Assembly (NCBI GenBank): GCA_047495785.1
Contig: JBLDXI010000033.1
Coordinates: forward strand, 434,001-498,000
Length of the DNA: 64,000 nucleotides
Direction of reading: 5' to 3'
Source: Lepidodermella squamata
Taxonomy: Eukaryota; Animalia; Gastrotricha
Below, in pieces: positions 47,955-59,172 of the stretch. Numbering within the stretch: the first letter of the stretch is position 1; each line of letters begins with the position of its first letter. The position numbers and the translations under genes were made by a program. Below the pieces are notes generated by a model. The model saw nothing but the letters and a program-made list of their open reading frames with translations. It was not told the DNA's origin and did not search any database.

Positions 47955-48170
47955 GCTAAACCTGAGCGTAACAAGCTTATATGTTTGACCTGGAAAAAAC
48001 GAAGAATAAAAGATCAATCAGATGCTTTCAAAATACTGCTCGTAATTTCTCAACGTAATTTCTCGATTGAATGGCGTCGATCGCAAAATCGATGGCGCGT
48101 GACATCCTCTGTTCACCATGTTATCTCCATTACATCCTAATATATACATTGAAGCACTGATCTTGAATCT
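47955..48170 (-). pseudogene. Degraded remnant of the 3' exon of nuclear receptor copy 3
   Basis: Aligns by eye with 50246-50480 (ctaaacctg..atgtttgacctgg..ttgaatggc.tcgatcgca.aatcgatggcgcgtgacatcctctg) but has indels. Confidence 0.75.
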
Positions 48171-48496
48171 CACATGATGATAGATTAAACGAACATATAA
48201 CATAATCCGAAGTTTGAAGGTTGACAGAACTTCGTTGCTGGATATCACCTGAGAGACATAGACCTCATTTTAAATCATTTTAAATCTAGGAAACCTGCTC
48301 AAACTTCAATGGCCCGCCCTAACGCTTTCGTGTAACCGTATCTCATCCATGGGTGGTAACATAAATCGTGAATGTATGACTAGGCCAACACGTAGGAATC
48401 TCGTGCATATTTATTCATTGACAGTTCTAAGCGACATATCGATGAAGATTGAAATCTAACAATTATTTCAGCTAGGTGCAGTTAAAGGTTACAAGT

Positions 48497-49889
48497 TTAT
48501 TGATAGAAAGAGCCGAGTCGGGATACCATGGCTCCGCGCCATGAGCGATTTAAAGCTGCAAGCTCTGGACATCGTTCGAAAAACTGAGAGTTGCATTGTC
48601 TATTGTAAACTGTGACTAGACCCAAATTTGGGCGCAGTTGCATCAGCTGATATGCCTATCCACATTGATTGGTAATGCCAGTGGCGAAATTCAATATAGC
48701 ACATACCCGGTTTCTGCCAAAGTTATCGTTTGGTTGAATTGCTGATATAGCGCATTCTATTGCTCGAGACATTGTCTCTACCAGTTCAGGTTCCTCCAAC
48801 GGGTCATCAGCGGAACCTTCAATTACAATAGGTCACAATAGATGCTTCAAAAGGTATAGTTTAGTAATCTTGCTACTTTCAAAGAAAAGATATGCGGCAA
48901 GCAAAGCTGCTTCCAAGTGGTTGAGTCTCAAGCCAACGATTTCGGTATGTAGTTTCATGCTGTTAGCTGCGATTGGCTACAAAAGAATGTTGTTCCGCAT
49001 TAAAATTACAGGGAAATAAAACCTCATAAAACGGGAAAAGATTCACGAAAATTGCGGTGTTCTGGTGAGAAAGCCCAAATCCAGGTAGGCCGTTAATACT
49101 ACGCCAGAGATGAGTTATCGGCATAACCGAATTTCCGAATAATTTGCAACGATCATTCAATGGTATTCGCGAATAACCTATGTTCGAAATTAGATTTAAA
49201 GTAGAAAGTGGTTCAGACATGGACGACTCCACCTGGTAATCGTTTCAAGAAAGAAATCGCAGTTATAATCAAGGAAGAGTAATTCTCCATTGCAGCGCTC
49301 CAACAATCCGCTATATTGTTAGCCGGAAGTAGTTCTTGGCCAGTGGTTAGCGGAAGCTGTAATGATATAATGTATAAAATCATTCTTTATTCAAAACGAC
49401 TTACGGTCGCAATTGGTGAGAGAGAATCAAACGCAGAGGTGATTTCAACAATTGCAATTTCAGCTTGGATTGCTTCGAAATTAGTTGGCACCAGAGAGAA
49501 ATTACTCTTATCTCTCACCCCTGCATGAGGAAATCAAGTTACCATCGACAGTTTTGGCCTGAACACTTACCTAGTTTTATTCGTTTCCTGAACTCTTTCT
49601 TTGCGCCATGTTTCATTCCAACCTTGTAGCACTTGGCTAAGCGGCAGGCTGAACAGCTTTCCTGTCGGGCGTTGATGGATCGAGCAGGGCTACAATTTCC
49701 AATGCCGGTTACACATTCGAGTTGCCCAGTTTTCTTGTGATTGCGGGTGAAAAACTTCTTGCACGCGTCGCAAACTTGCGCGCCATACCGCATTCTACCA
49801 TCGGTACCCTGCGAGCAAACCTTAAAAAGATAAAATTTGGGTCAACTCCAGAGGATAAAGTGAAATGCAAAAACCTCGCATTCAAACAT
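48497..49889 (-). CDS. Divergent nuclear hormone receptor (multi-exon), copy 2
   Basis: MFECE|VCSQGTDGRMRYGAQVCDACKKFFTRN..CSACRLAKCYKVGM; same intron positions as copy 1; YSRIPLNDRCKLF. Confidence 0.85.
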
Positions 49890-50245
49890 AGCTAAGATCC
49901 CTGACGTTTCAAGTTATGCTTGTCCTCAGATTTGATTTTTTCAGGGTTAGTTACTGTGTAGAATATAATGTCGCCATAAGCTTCAGTTGATGAAGGTCTG
50001 ATAATTCAACTCATCTTTATTAGATGTGGCAGTCGTGTTTACCGCTCACGAAACAAAACAATAATTTAATTTTCATTGTTCCTTTTTATATGTGGCCGTC
50101 CATAACATTTTGTATCGCGCAACATTTCAGAGTTTCTTAGGGAGAGATACCATAATTTCGTACCATGTACGATTCAGGACAGCAAGATCAGGTCGCAATT
50201 CGAAGAATCGCTGCATAAACCGGCCATTATAGCTAGGTACCACGG

Positions 50246-51570
50246 CTAAACCTGTGCGTAGCAGATTGAGATGTTTGACCTGGATTCAATACGAAATACT
50301 TTTAACAAGATGCTTTCTGTGCGATAAAGCCTTACGCGTAATCTCCCCGCGTCATTTCTCGGTTGAATGGCTTCGATCGCATAATCGATGGCGCGTGACA
50401 TCCTCTGCACAAGCTCAGGGTTGACCAAATTATCTTCGTCGCAACCTTCATGAAATTAAAGCACTGAATCTTGAATTCCTCCTCATTATAACTACGCTGA
50501 TTCATTCATACTTTGATAAAACAGCGCAGCTTCAACTAGAGCTGTCTCCATGCGTGAAAGATTCATTTTAGCGATCGCAGCTGTATGCTCCACGCCATCT
50601 TTAGTTATCGTCTGAAAATAGTAGTAGCATGAGAAGAAGAGAACGTTAAGGGAGAAAGAGCGAACTCCGTATATGGGGAAATGGCGGACAAGAGTGGTTG
50701 TATTTTCGGGGCTCATACCAAATCCAGGCAATCCATTGGCTGATCGCCATAGTAATGCGATAGGTAGGAACGACCGACCAAACAGCTTGCAGCGGTCGGG
50801 CAAGGGAATTTGAGTAAAACCTTGTAAAAATGTATCCAACTGTTAACATCTCGACGGGAATCAATTTATAGAGTTCTTTGATACCTGGGAGATTCTTGAT
50901 ATAAACAGTGCTCCGCTCAACGAATGCCGTATAATTATCGGTGACAAGTTTCCAACAGGCAAAGCTATCATCATCTGGCAAGGTCCATTCACCAGTTGCA
51001 AGAGGAAGCTGTAAGCAAAGGATCGGCTTACCTTTTCTGAAGTAATAGAAATAAACACTTACAGATGCTAGCGAATTTAGAGTATCATGAGCCTCCAAAA
51101 ACTTAGGCAGAGATCGTTCAGAGTTAACCGCATCAAAATTTGACGGACCTGGAACTATCCTGCCTATGAAACATTATACTATGGCACTCCGAATAACTAT
51201 TATGCGGCAAGTACTTTGAATCTCAGAAACCTCCTTAGCATCAATAGCCGGTTCTGGGGGTTTCGTCTTACCATATCTCATCCCTACTTGGTAGCATTTT
51301 GCTAAGCGGCATGCCTGGCATTTACCACTGATGCTATAAGACGATCGGTACAAGCTGCACTTCCCCGATCTGTCGCTACACCGCTTCGAGCCGAGCTTGC
51401 TGTGATTCCTGGTAAAGAATTTCTTACAAGCATCGCATACATTCGCGCCGTATCGAATACGTCCGTCTGTTTCTTGCGAGCAAACCTGTGCAAAGATATG
51501 AATATTAATATAATGCTATGGAATGAATCCCAACCTCGCATGAGAATTTGTGTGAGGAGCTGTCGCACAT
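50246..51570 (-). CDS. Divergent nuclear hormone receptor (multi-exon), copy 3
   Basis: MCDSSSHKFSCE|VCSQETDGRIRYGANVCDACKKFFTRN..CQACRLAKCYQVGM; LBD signature YIKNLPG|FTQIPLPDRCKLF. Confidence 0.85.
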
Positions 51571-52043
51571 GTTTGAGGCAACCTCTGCCATATGCAAAAC
51601 TCTGAATTACAATAAGCAATGAGAACAATTTTATGTAGAACGCTGTACTGAGGCGACCAAATCAATTAAATTTTAGAGTTATTCAACACGACAGCTCGTC
51701 TGGAAATCCTTTATTTCAGCCTCTGAAATGTGTGCGTGGCGATGGTGATGATTATCATATTCCGCACCTTTGTTCAATTTGGACAGTATGACATCCACCT
51801 ACAATCAAGATTAAGCCGCGGGAGATACTCCTCGAACACGCCGTTATGTTTGTTCAACAATAGTTCTCACTGTCCTCATGAAAATGGATTTCTTCGCGTG
51901 AATACGCTGTGTAAATAAATACGGAAAATGTATACTTAAGATGTTTAAATTTAATATTTGCCATCGCTCGCTTAAACGAAGTGCGCAGGTATAATTAAGA
52001 GACATCCTGGGTTTTTATTACATACCAATTGCCTGGATGGAAA

Positions 52044-53192
52044 ATGAGGTTATTTTTCCTTGAATTTCTCGTCTTGAGTTTGGGACTTATTCTCATTAGT
52101 CGAATAATACATGGTGAATCTTCATCATGGGTACCAGAAAGTCAGGCGAAGTCACTTTCTATTCTAGCGAAGTGTCCCCAACTTGCTAAAGAAAATTACA
52201 CTCCGAAATGCTTAGGTACCATGATATGCGAAAACACTCCTATCACAGCCAAACTCCATCTGGGCTATTTCGATAGTATCGACGATGTTAATGAAGTCCT
52301 TTACGTCTCTGGCTTTATTCGCTTCAACTGGAATATTGAATGCTCGAAATGGAGTAACGGAGAAACCGATGAATGGATCATCCATCCGCACGAAGATTTG
52401 ATGTGGAAGCCTAGATTGGTCCACCAAAATGCAGCAAATCCTGGCTTATTCGAAAACTTATCGATGCGATTTTTCATCCACGCTTATCCGGGAAATGGTA
52501 CCCTTCGATTCAGCTGGCAAGTTTTTGGCTCGTTCAGTTCCGTTTGCATGATCTCCATCGAGAAATTTCCATTCGATCAGCAGCAATGCGAATTACGATT
52601 CTCACTCTTAGATAGCGAAAAGGTTGTCAGCTTTGATGCTCCAAAGCTCGACATCGCACCTAGTTTCATTAAACCCGGAAGTGGATGGTTCCTCATCGAT
52701 AACTCCACTGATTTGAGAGGTGACAACGAGAATAGAAGTATGGCAATCTTCTCAATGAATCTGAGGAGAAATCCGGCTTATTATGTATTCAACTTGATAG
52801 TGCCGTGCAGCGTGATAACCAGCCTTCAACTATTCTCATTTTTAATCCACCCATCAGACTCCAACAGGCCTTGCTTTTGTCTCACAATACTTTTATCACT
52901 GATATTTTTGAACAACCACGTCATGCAGATCATCCCAGCCAAGCCTCACAGGATTTTCATATCAACTTATTTCGAACTGTCGGCTCTTTTCTCTTGGCTG
53001 TGCGTTGCTTATGCTTCAATAGCATGTTGCGCTGTTACAACATGGCCTACATTTTTCAATATCTATACTCTTACAATCTGGCGCATGTCGATTTCTCGGG
53101 CTAGAATTATTGATGCAACAGCTCTAGGTATAGCTATGCTTCTTCTTCTACTCCTGAATGCTTCTAGCACGGTTTATGTAATGATTGATTGA
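52044..53192 (+). CDS. Divergent intronless Cys-loop ligand-gated ion channel subunit
   Basis: ATG 52044; Cys-loop CMISIEKFPFDQQQC; M2 SNRPCFCLTILLSLIFLN. Confidence 0.92.
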   Translation: MRLFFLEFLVLSLGLILISRIIHGESSSWVPESQAKSLSILAKCPQLAKENYTPKCLGTMICENTPITAKLHLGYFDSIDDVNEVLYVSGFIRFNWNIECSKWSNGETDEWIIHPHEDLMWKPRLVHQNAANPGLFENLSMRFFIHAYPGNGTLRFSWQVFGSFSSVCMISIEKFPFDQQQCELRFSLLDSEKVVSFDAPKLDIAPSFIKPGSGWFLIDNSTDLRGDNENRSMAIFSMNLRRNPAYYVFNLIVPCSVITSLQLFSFLIHPSDSNRPCFCLTILLSLIFLNNHVMQIIPAKPHRIFISTYFELSALFSWLCVAYASIACCAVTTWPTFFNIYTLTIWRMSISRARIIDATALGIAMLLLLLLNASSTVYVMID

Positions 53193-53348
53193 CAATACTG
53201 AGAAAGATACGAAAGGGAGAATCTTAATTGCATTGTCACTTCAAGGCAAACGAAGCAGCTATAATAAAAGTGTTGTTTGAATTTCTTCACGCTTCAGATT
53301 CGTATAAGAGTTGGCTCTTCTAAAGAAAGATTTTTGCAGTTGGAAACT

Positions 53349-54509
53349 ATGTTCCTGCTCTATGCTTTAGCTACTATGGGCCTAATTCCTCAGAGTTTCG
53401 CAGTGAATAGAGGATTCGAGTTGAGAAGGAGAACAAATGAGCTGTTGAGAAACTATTCATTCGTCGAGGTGGAATGCTTCTCTCCAACATGCCCTGACGG
53501 CAGAGTGAGTAAACCATCGGAATGCCAACCCCTGAATATCAGCCTTCTCCTACAACCCGAGAGTTTCTACGAAATCGACGATGTCGACGAGACGCTTTCA
53601 ATCAGCGGATCTGTTAAATTATCATGGATTCTTAGTTGCCCTAACTACTACCAAGAGGATAAAACCTTGTATTACCTCGACGAAGACTTCTGGCAGCCGC
53701 ATGCCAATCACAAGAACGCAATGGCTGATTTTCAAATGAAGCACGGTTTCACACACCGATTCTATGTGGAAGCTAACAAAGGCCAGCTGAAGTTCTCATT
53801 ACAGCGTTTCGGCGTCTTTGTTTCGACTTGCGATCTTGATTTCACGTTATTCCCCTTTGATACGAATGAATGTAACATTCAGTTTCTACTTCAGGAGCCG
53901 AACGTTGCAGCCAAATTTGCAGACATCGATATGCATCACGTTGAAGATTTTATTACATCAGACGTCTCTTGGAGTTATATCTCTGGTGGAAAGGAGATCA
54001 ATACTATCAATATCAACAGTGGCAATAGGAGCATTGGAATTTTCAGGCTGAAGTTCAGGAGGAATCCTCAGTACTTTCTGTACAATTTGATGATCCCAGC
54101 TTTTGTTTTATCCGGGCTGGAAGTTTGGACTTGTGCCATGACCCCGACTATTCCGGAGCGGCCTTCCTTTTCAGTCACGATTCTGCTAGCCCTGACAGTG
54201 CTGCAAAGTGCGATTCTGCAAAATGTTCCAGCTAAACCTGAGCGAGTTTTTCTGATGAATTACTCAGACTTTTGTGTGCTCTTCTCGTGGCTTTGCACAG
54301 TTTATTACTTGGTGAGCTGCGGGCTAGCCCGGGGGTGGAGGAAATATTTTTCGGCTCCAATCTTTGCGAAGTCGAAAAACAAATGTTGGAGCATTAGTCG
54401 GGCTCGTTTATTGGATTCGATTTTCGTTATCCTAGCTATAACTTGTTTTATCGGCGTGAATGTGTATGCACTGCAAATTGCTGTAAAAACAAAGTACATA
54501 AGCATGTAA
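53349..54509 (+). CDS. Divergent intronless Cys-loop ligand-gated ion channel subunit
   Basis: ATG 53349 (MFLLYALATMG); Cys-loop CDLDFTLFPFDTNEC; M2 PERPSFSVTILLALTVLQ. Confidence 0.92.
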   Translation: MFLLYALATMGLIPQSFAVNRGFELRRRTNELLRNYSFVEVECFSPTCPDGRVSKPSECQPLNISLLLQPESFYEIDDVDETLSISGSVKLSWILSCPNYYQEDKTLYYLDEDFWQPHANHKNAMADFQMKHGFTHRFYVEANKGQLKFSLQRFGVFVSTCDLDFTLFPFDTNECNIQFLLQEPNVAAKFADIDMHHVEDFITSDVSWSYISGGKEINTININSGNRSIGIFRLKFRRNPQYFLYNLMIPAFVLSGLEVWTCAMTPTIPERPSFSVTILLALTVLQSAILQNVPAKPERVFLMNYSDFCVLFSWLCTVYYLVSCGLARGWRKYFSAPIFAKSKNKCWSISRARLLDSIFVILAITCFIGVNVYALQIAVKTKYISM

Positions 54510-54591
54510 AACCAATAAAAAACTCAATATCCCTATTTCCTGTTTCTAAACAACCGAGACATGACAATCAAAGAGTTATTCACTGTTGAAA

Positions 54592-55716
54592 ATGCTGCTG
54601 AAATGTTTGACGATTCTTGCGACAGCAGCCTGGCCATGCAATGCGAACACTCACCTGGAGCAGCTGGAACCGTTCCAGCAGAAAATTTTGACAGCTTGTC
54701 CTCAATTGTGGCACGAATCGTTTTCGCCAACTTGCCCGGGAGGGGATAAAGGCACACGCTGTGAACCCTTGCAAGTTAGTGTCAATTTGATGCTCGACTA
54801 CTTCAATGGCATTGACGACGTTGAGGAGTACACCCAGATGTCTGGATCCATCCGGTTCTTGTACGAATTTATTTGCGACCCATTGCCCAGTAATCTAAGT
54901 GGCTATCATTACCTGAGTGACAAATTTTGGAGGCCGCGAATCCTCCATCACAATGGAGTTTTCAATAAAGGCATGCTGGGTGATACTTTTGCCAGGCGTC
55001 TGGTATTTAACAAACTTTTATACCCCGACCGCCTATGGTTCAACCATCAGATCCTTGGTATGTTCACCTCCGCTTGCGAAATGGACATTGAGAAATTCCC
55101 ATTTGACACCCAAACCTGCGAGCTGATCGTAAGGATGCAGGATACGTATGATGCTGCCGTTTTCTACAACTCTACCATAGATATCAGAGAAGACTTTATC
55201 GGCCGTGGTGACATTTGGCAATTGGTAAACAACTCTACACGGATCGATATCGTTTATTTAGCGGGGAATAGAAGCCGAGTCGTTTATCAGTTTACATTTG
55301 CCAGAAATCCTTCTTATTACATTCGGAGTTTGATGGTACCCTGCGCTTTTTTAACATCCCTTCAGATACCGGCGTTTTTCCTCCCTCCCAGCAGCCCTGA
55401 TAGGCCTAACTTCGCTGTTACGTTGCTTTTAACTATTAGCCTACTTCAAACTGAAATTCTGAATCAAGTTCCAACCAAACCATACGCAATACTAATGGGA
55501 TCCTATGCCAGTAATAGCTGCATGTTAACCTGGGCTTGTGCGATCTACTTCTTAGCAAGTTGCTATTTTTCCAAGACGTGTAAGAAAATAGCATCACAAG
55601 CCGTTTGCAATCGAATTCAGATGTCAAACGTAAGAGCGCTAGATTTGCTTATGGTAAGTATGGCTGTTCTAGCGTTTGCGGGTATTCAGTTTCATGGTTT
55701 TCATGAATATTTTTGA
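54592..55716 (+). CDS. Divergent intronless Cys-loop ligand-gated ion channel subunit (subgroup F)
   Basis: ATG 54592; Cys-loop CEMDIEKFPFDTQTC; M2 PDRPNFAVTLLLTISLLQ. Confidence 0.92.
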   Translation: MLLKCLTILATAAWPCNANTHLEQLEPFQQKILTACPQLWHESFSPTCPGGDKGTRCEPLQVSVNLMLDYFNGIDDVEEYTQMSGSIRFLYEFICDPLPSNLSGYHYLSDKFWRPRILHHNGVFNKGMLGDTFARRLVFNKLLYPDRLWFNHQILGMFTSACEMDIEKFPFDTQTCELIVRMQDTYDAAVFYNSTIDIREDFIGRGDIWQLVNNSTRIDIVYLAGNRSRVVYQFTFARNPSYYIRSLMVPCAFLTSLQIPAFFLPPSSPDRPNFAVTLLLTISLLQTEILNQVPTKPYAILMGSYASNSCMLTWACAIYFLASCYFSKTCKKIASQAVCNRIQMSNVRALDLLMVSMAVLAFAGIQFHGFHEYF

Positions 55717-56735
55717 ACCATGTAAAAGTAGGGATGATTATATTTAAAAACTCGAGAATAGATCTTCTGTTGTCAACACCGTAAAACTAGCTAATAAATT
55801 CTTTAAATAAATGGAATGTATTGAAGTACAAATTGTCTTGTAGCGAATGAATGACGAAACGAAAACGAAAATCATTTTATTTGTTCTTAAATTTCCCATA
55901 CATTTTTAGCAATAATTTAGGAACAACGGACCATCAAAACCAGCAAAATCAATAACCAATAACAACAGGAAAATATAAAGGCACGAGCACAGGGTGAACA
56001 GGCGCTTGTCAGTGACAGTCCGCTGGAGACGCTATTGAGGAGGCACATTGGAGACTTATTTAGGAAACTAATTGACTTCTATTAACTATCTAACGTGCCT
56101 GAAGAGGAACAAATAAAAAGCGCTTATAACTAAAGGGCGAGGCGCGAGTCGACAAACATGTGACGTCATGCACCGTACTAAGGTCTGGATCTCTGAAAAT
56201 ATATCTCACCTGGGTTTTTACTTTGTCTCGGGCCCTCGATTCCCGCTATTTGTTATGTGTGCATATGGAAGCATCATCGTACGAGAATAAGCAAGATTTT
56301 TCGAGTTCCGGGGATAATTAAAAATTAAAAATAGAATACACGGTATAAAAAGTAAAAATTATAAAAATAGACTTTGATAGTAAGGCTGCCGGGTAAAAAT
56401 ACAGTTCAACCGAGACCTGATGGCCGATTACTAGTCAGTGTTTGCTTGATTAATAGCGGAGTTCTATGGCGTTTTAGGACCCCCCCAGTGCTCAGCCCTC
56501 AACTGAATTATGATTACAATTAGCTTACATATGATGGATAATGGGTTTTTTTAATACGGAAATATGATTCACATGGCAATTTCAAGGGCAAAATCGGAAT
56601 ATTCGCGACTGCGCTGCCGCGAGCATGAAAACATCAATACTTGATTGCGCAGAATTAAGTTAATAGTCGCTGCAGTTTCAAACTCTGAAAAATTTCGGTA
56701 TTGTTGGCAGTTCCCAAAGTTGGATTATTTATGAC

Positions 56736-57863
56736 ATGAAGCTGTCAAGCATCTCTCTGATTTTAATGGTTGTCATTAGCGTCAAAGCAGATGGCTTAAA
56801 CTATTTGTCCATGTTGGAACCTGTACAAGCCGACCTAATGGCTCGGTGCCCTCACTTTTGGCATGAAGCGTACACGCCAAATTGCACTGGTGCAACTGAT
56901 CAAAGTTGCATGCCTACAAAACTTCAAATTCAACTGATTCTGGACACATTCGAAGGCATTGATGACGTGGAGGAGAATTCATACTTCGCAGGCTCTTTAA
57001 GGCTGAAATGGGAGGTCTACTGTGATAACTTAACCACCAGCATGACTGGATTTCGCTACGTCGGTGATAAATTCTGGCGTCCGAGAATTACTCATGAAAA
57101 CGCAATTTCAAATGTTGGAATGGCTGGGGACAGTTTCACCAGTCGAGTTTTCATGCGTTCGGGTTTTACACCCGACGTTAAATACCGCGGCTTTGTCATG
57201 CAGATAATGGGCGTATTCTCGTCAAACTGCGCCATGGCTTTCGAAGACTTCCCGTTCGACGAGCAAACCTGCGAAATATCATTCGTTATACAGGATTTAG
57301 CAGCAGTTGTCTACTTCGCTAGTCAAGATATTTCGATATCTCCCGACTTCATCGGTCAAGGGGATAATTGGGCGCTGAAAAGCTACAATGGGAGCATCGG
57401 TGTAGTGAATATAACTGGCAACAGGAGCAGGGTCGTCTTCAAAATAACAATGACCCGAAACCCTTCATTTTTCATCGAAAATCTAATGGCACCTTGCGCG
57501 TTTCTAACATTTTTGGAAATCCCAGCTTTCCTTCTCCCGCCCGGCCATTCGGAACGGGCGAATTTCGCGGTGACCATTCTTTTGGCACTAACATTCTTCC
57601 AAGGCGAAATACTCAACCAAATTCCGATCAAGCCTCAACGAATTTTGATCAAGTATTACACGTCTGGTTGTTGCCTAATTGCATGGGCTTGTACGATCTA
57701 CTGCCTCTTAAGTTGCTTCATCGAAGAAAAATTCAAATCATGGACATCGAATCGAGTTCATAAGTTCATGACCATATCAAACATTAGAGCTCTCGATTTA
57801 GCGGTCGCATCTTTCGCCGCTATTTTGTTCGTTAGTTTACAGCTGGTGATTTTCATACGCTAG
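56736..57863 (+). CDS. Divergent intronless Cys-loop ligand-gated ion channel subunit (subgroup F)
   Basis: 375 aa; Cys-loop CAMAFEDFPFDEQTC; M2 SERANFAVTILLALTFFQ. Confidence 0.92.
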   Translation: MKLSSISLILMVVISVKADGLNYLSMLEPVQADLMARCPHFWHEAYTPNCTGATDQSCMPTKLQIQLILDTFEGIDDVEENSYFAGSLRLKWEVYCDNLTTSMTGFRYVGDKFWRPRITHENAISNVGMAGDSFTSRVFMRSGFTPDVKYRGFVMQIMGVFSSNCAMAFEDFPFDEQTCEISFVIQDLAAVVYFASQDISISPDFIGQGDNWALKSYNGSIGVVNITGNRSRVVFKITMTRNPSFFIENLMAPCAFLTFLEIPAFLLPPGHSERANFAVTILLALTFFQGEILNQIPIKPQRILIKYYTSGCCLIAWACTIYCLLSCFIEEKFKSWTSNRVHKFMTISNIRALDLAVASFAAILFVSLQLVIFIR

Positions 57864-58017
57864 CTTACTATATGTACTTGTCATTTGGTTCAAGTTAAAT
57901 CATAATAAAAACTGGTTTCTGTGGATGCGAAGCTGAGTAAACATTCAAGCCATTAAATCTTGCCCATGAGTACGTGCGGCTATCATTTTCTGTAATTGCT
58001 AAATATTTCTGACTACC

Positions 58018-59172
58018 ATGCGGTATCTTGTTTTTGCTAGCATGGTCATTTTTGTGGCCGCCGAGTCTGTTCAAGATGTTATTGAGAATAGCACGAAGAA
58101 CGTGACGGCGCATCTTCTAACAGTTTGCCCAATGTTGACCCCTGAAACTTACTCCCCGAGCTGTCCTCTAATCGGAAGACCCGATTGCTATCCAGTCAAT
58201 GTTACAGTAAGACTCCAGCCTGAACGGCTCAACTCGATCGATCAAACTGCTGAAACTATGTCATTATCCGGATCAATCCGCTTCCAGTGGATTATTCCAT
58301 GTAAGAAGCATGGCTGGGAGAAAGATACCGCTTACTATTTGGATGAACGACTCTTCTGGACTCCGCATATCTACCAGCAAAACTCGCGTGATAATTTCGG
58401 GTTTCTAGACGGATTTTTGCGGACTTTTACTGTCCGAGTAGATGCAAAAGGGCAGTTGGTCTTCGCACTGTTTCTTTATGGCCACGTAGTTTCGACGTGC
58501 GATCTCGATTTTCGTCACTTCCCACTCGATTCCCATCAATGCAACGTAAATTTCTTGATGCAGGAGAACGCGAAAGCAGTAAAATTTTCTCAAACTGAGC
58601 TGAGGCTTGAGAAGGACAACCACTTCAAAACTGACCATGAAGAATTCGACTGGACGTTTCTGAATTACGAAGATTGGTATGACACGAAGGACATGGACAA
58701 GATAAAAAGAGCAGCGGCAATTTTCAGCATGAAATTCCGCCGAAATCCAACTTTTTATGTTACAAATTTCATGCTTCCTTATTGCGTGCTATCTGGAATG
58801 CAGCTAATCGCATTTTTTCTACCACCTTTCCTACCAGAACGGGCGATACTGAAGACAGCTATCTTGTTAGGAATGATCATACTACAATGCCAGATGTTAA
58901 ATTTTATCCCACCGAAACCGCAGAGAACATTGATGTCAATGTACACAGACTTCTGTTTTTTCCATTCCCTGTCATGCGCTGTATACTCGATCATAGCGTG
59001 TGGCATTTTCAAAGAAAGACCTGACCTTTTGAGGAAGAGATTGTGCCTGAGGATCAACGTTCTATCCATTAGGTTCAATCGATTGCTTGACCTTTTCGTT
59101 TTCATTATTGCTTTGGTCCTTTATGTTCTCGTCAACGTCTACTTTTTCTCGGTTGTATTGCGAATTACGTGA
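58018..59172 (+). CDS. Divergent intronless Cys-loop ligand-gated ion channel subunit (subgroup G)
   Basis: 384 aa; Cys-loop CDLDFRHFPLDSHQC; atypical M2 PERAILKTAILLGMIILQ. Confidence 0.9.
   Translation: MRYLVFASMVIFVAAESVQDVIENSTKNVTAHLLTVCPMLTPETYSPSCPLIGRPDCYPVNVTVRLQPERLNSIDQTAETMSLSGSIRFQWIIPCKKHGWEKDTAYYLDERLFWTPHIYQQNSRDNFGFLDGFLRTFTVRVDAKGQLVFALFLYGHVVSTCDLDFRHFPLDSHQCNVNFLMQENAKAVKFSQTELRLEKDNHFKTDHEEFDWTFLNYEDWYDTKDMDKIKRAAAIFSMKFRRNPTFYVTNFMLPYCVLSGMQLIAFFLPPFLPERAILKTAILLGMIILQCQMLNFIPPKPQRTLMSMYTDFCFFHSLSCAVYSIIACGIFKERPDLLRKRLCLRINVLSIRFNRLLDLFVFIIALVLYVLVNVYFFSVVLRIT

Noticed and set aside
56161-56168. Perfect CRE palindrome TGACGTCA upstream of the 56736 gene
   Set aside because: A single 8-mer is expected about once by chance in 64 kb, and I did not notice it upstream of paralogs.
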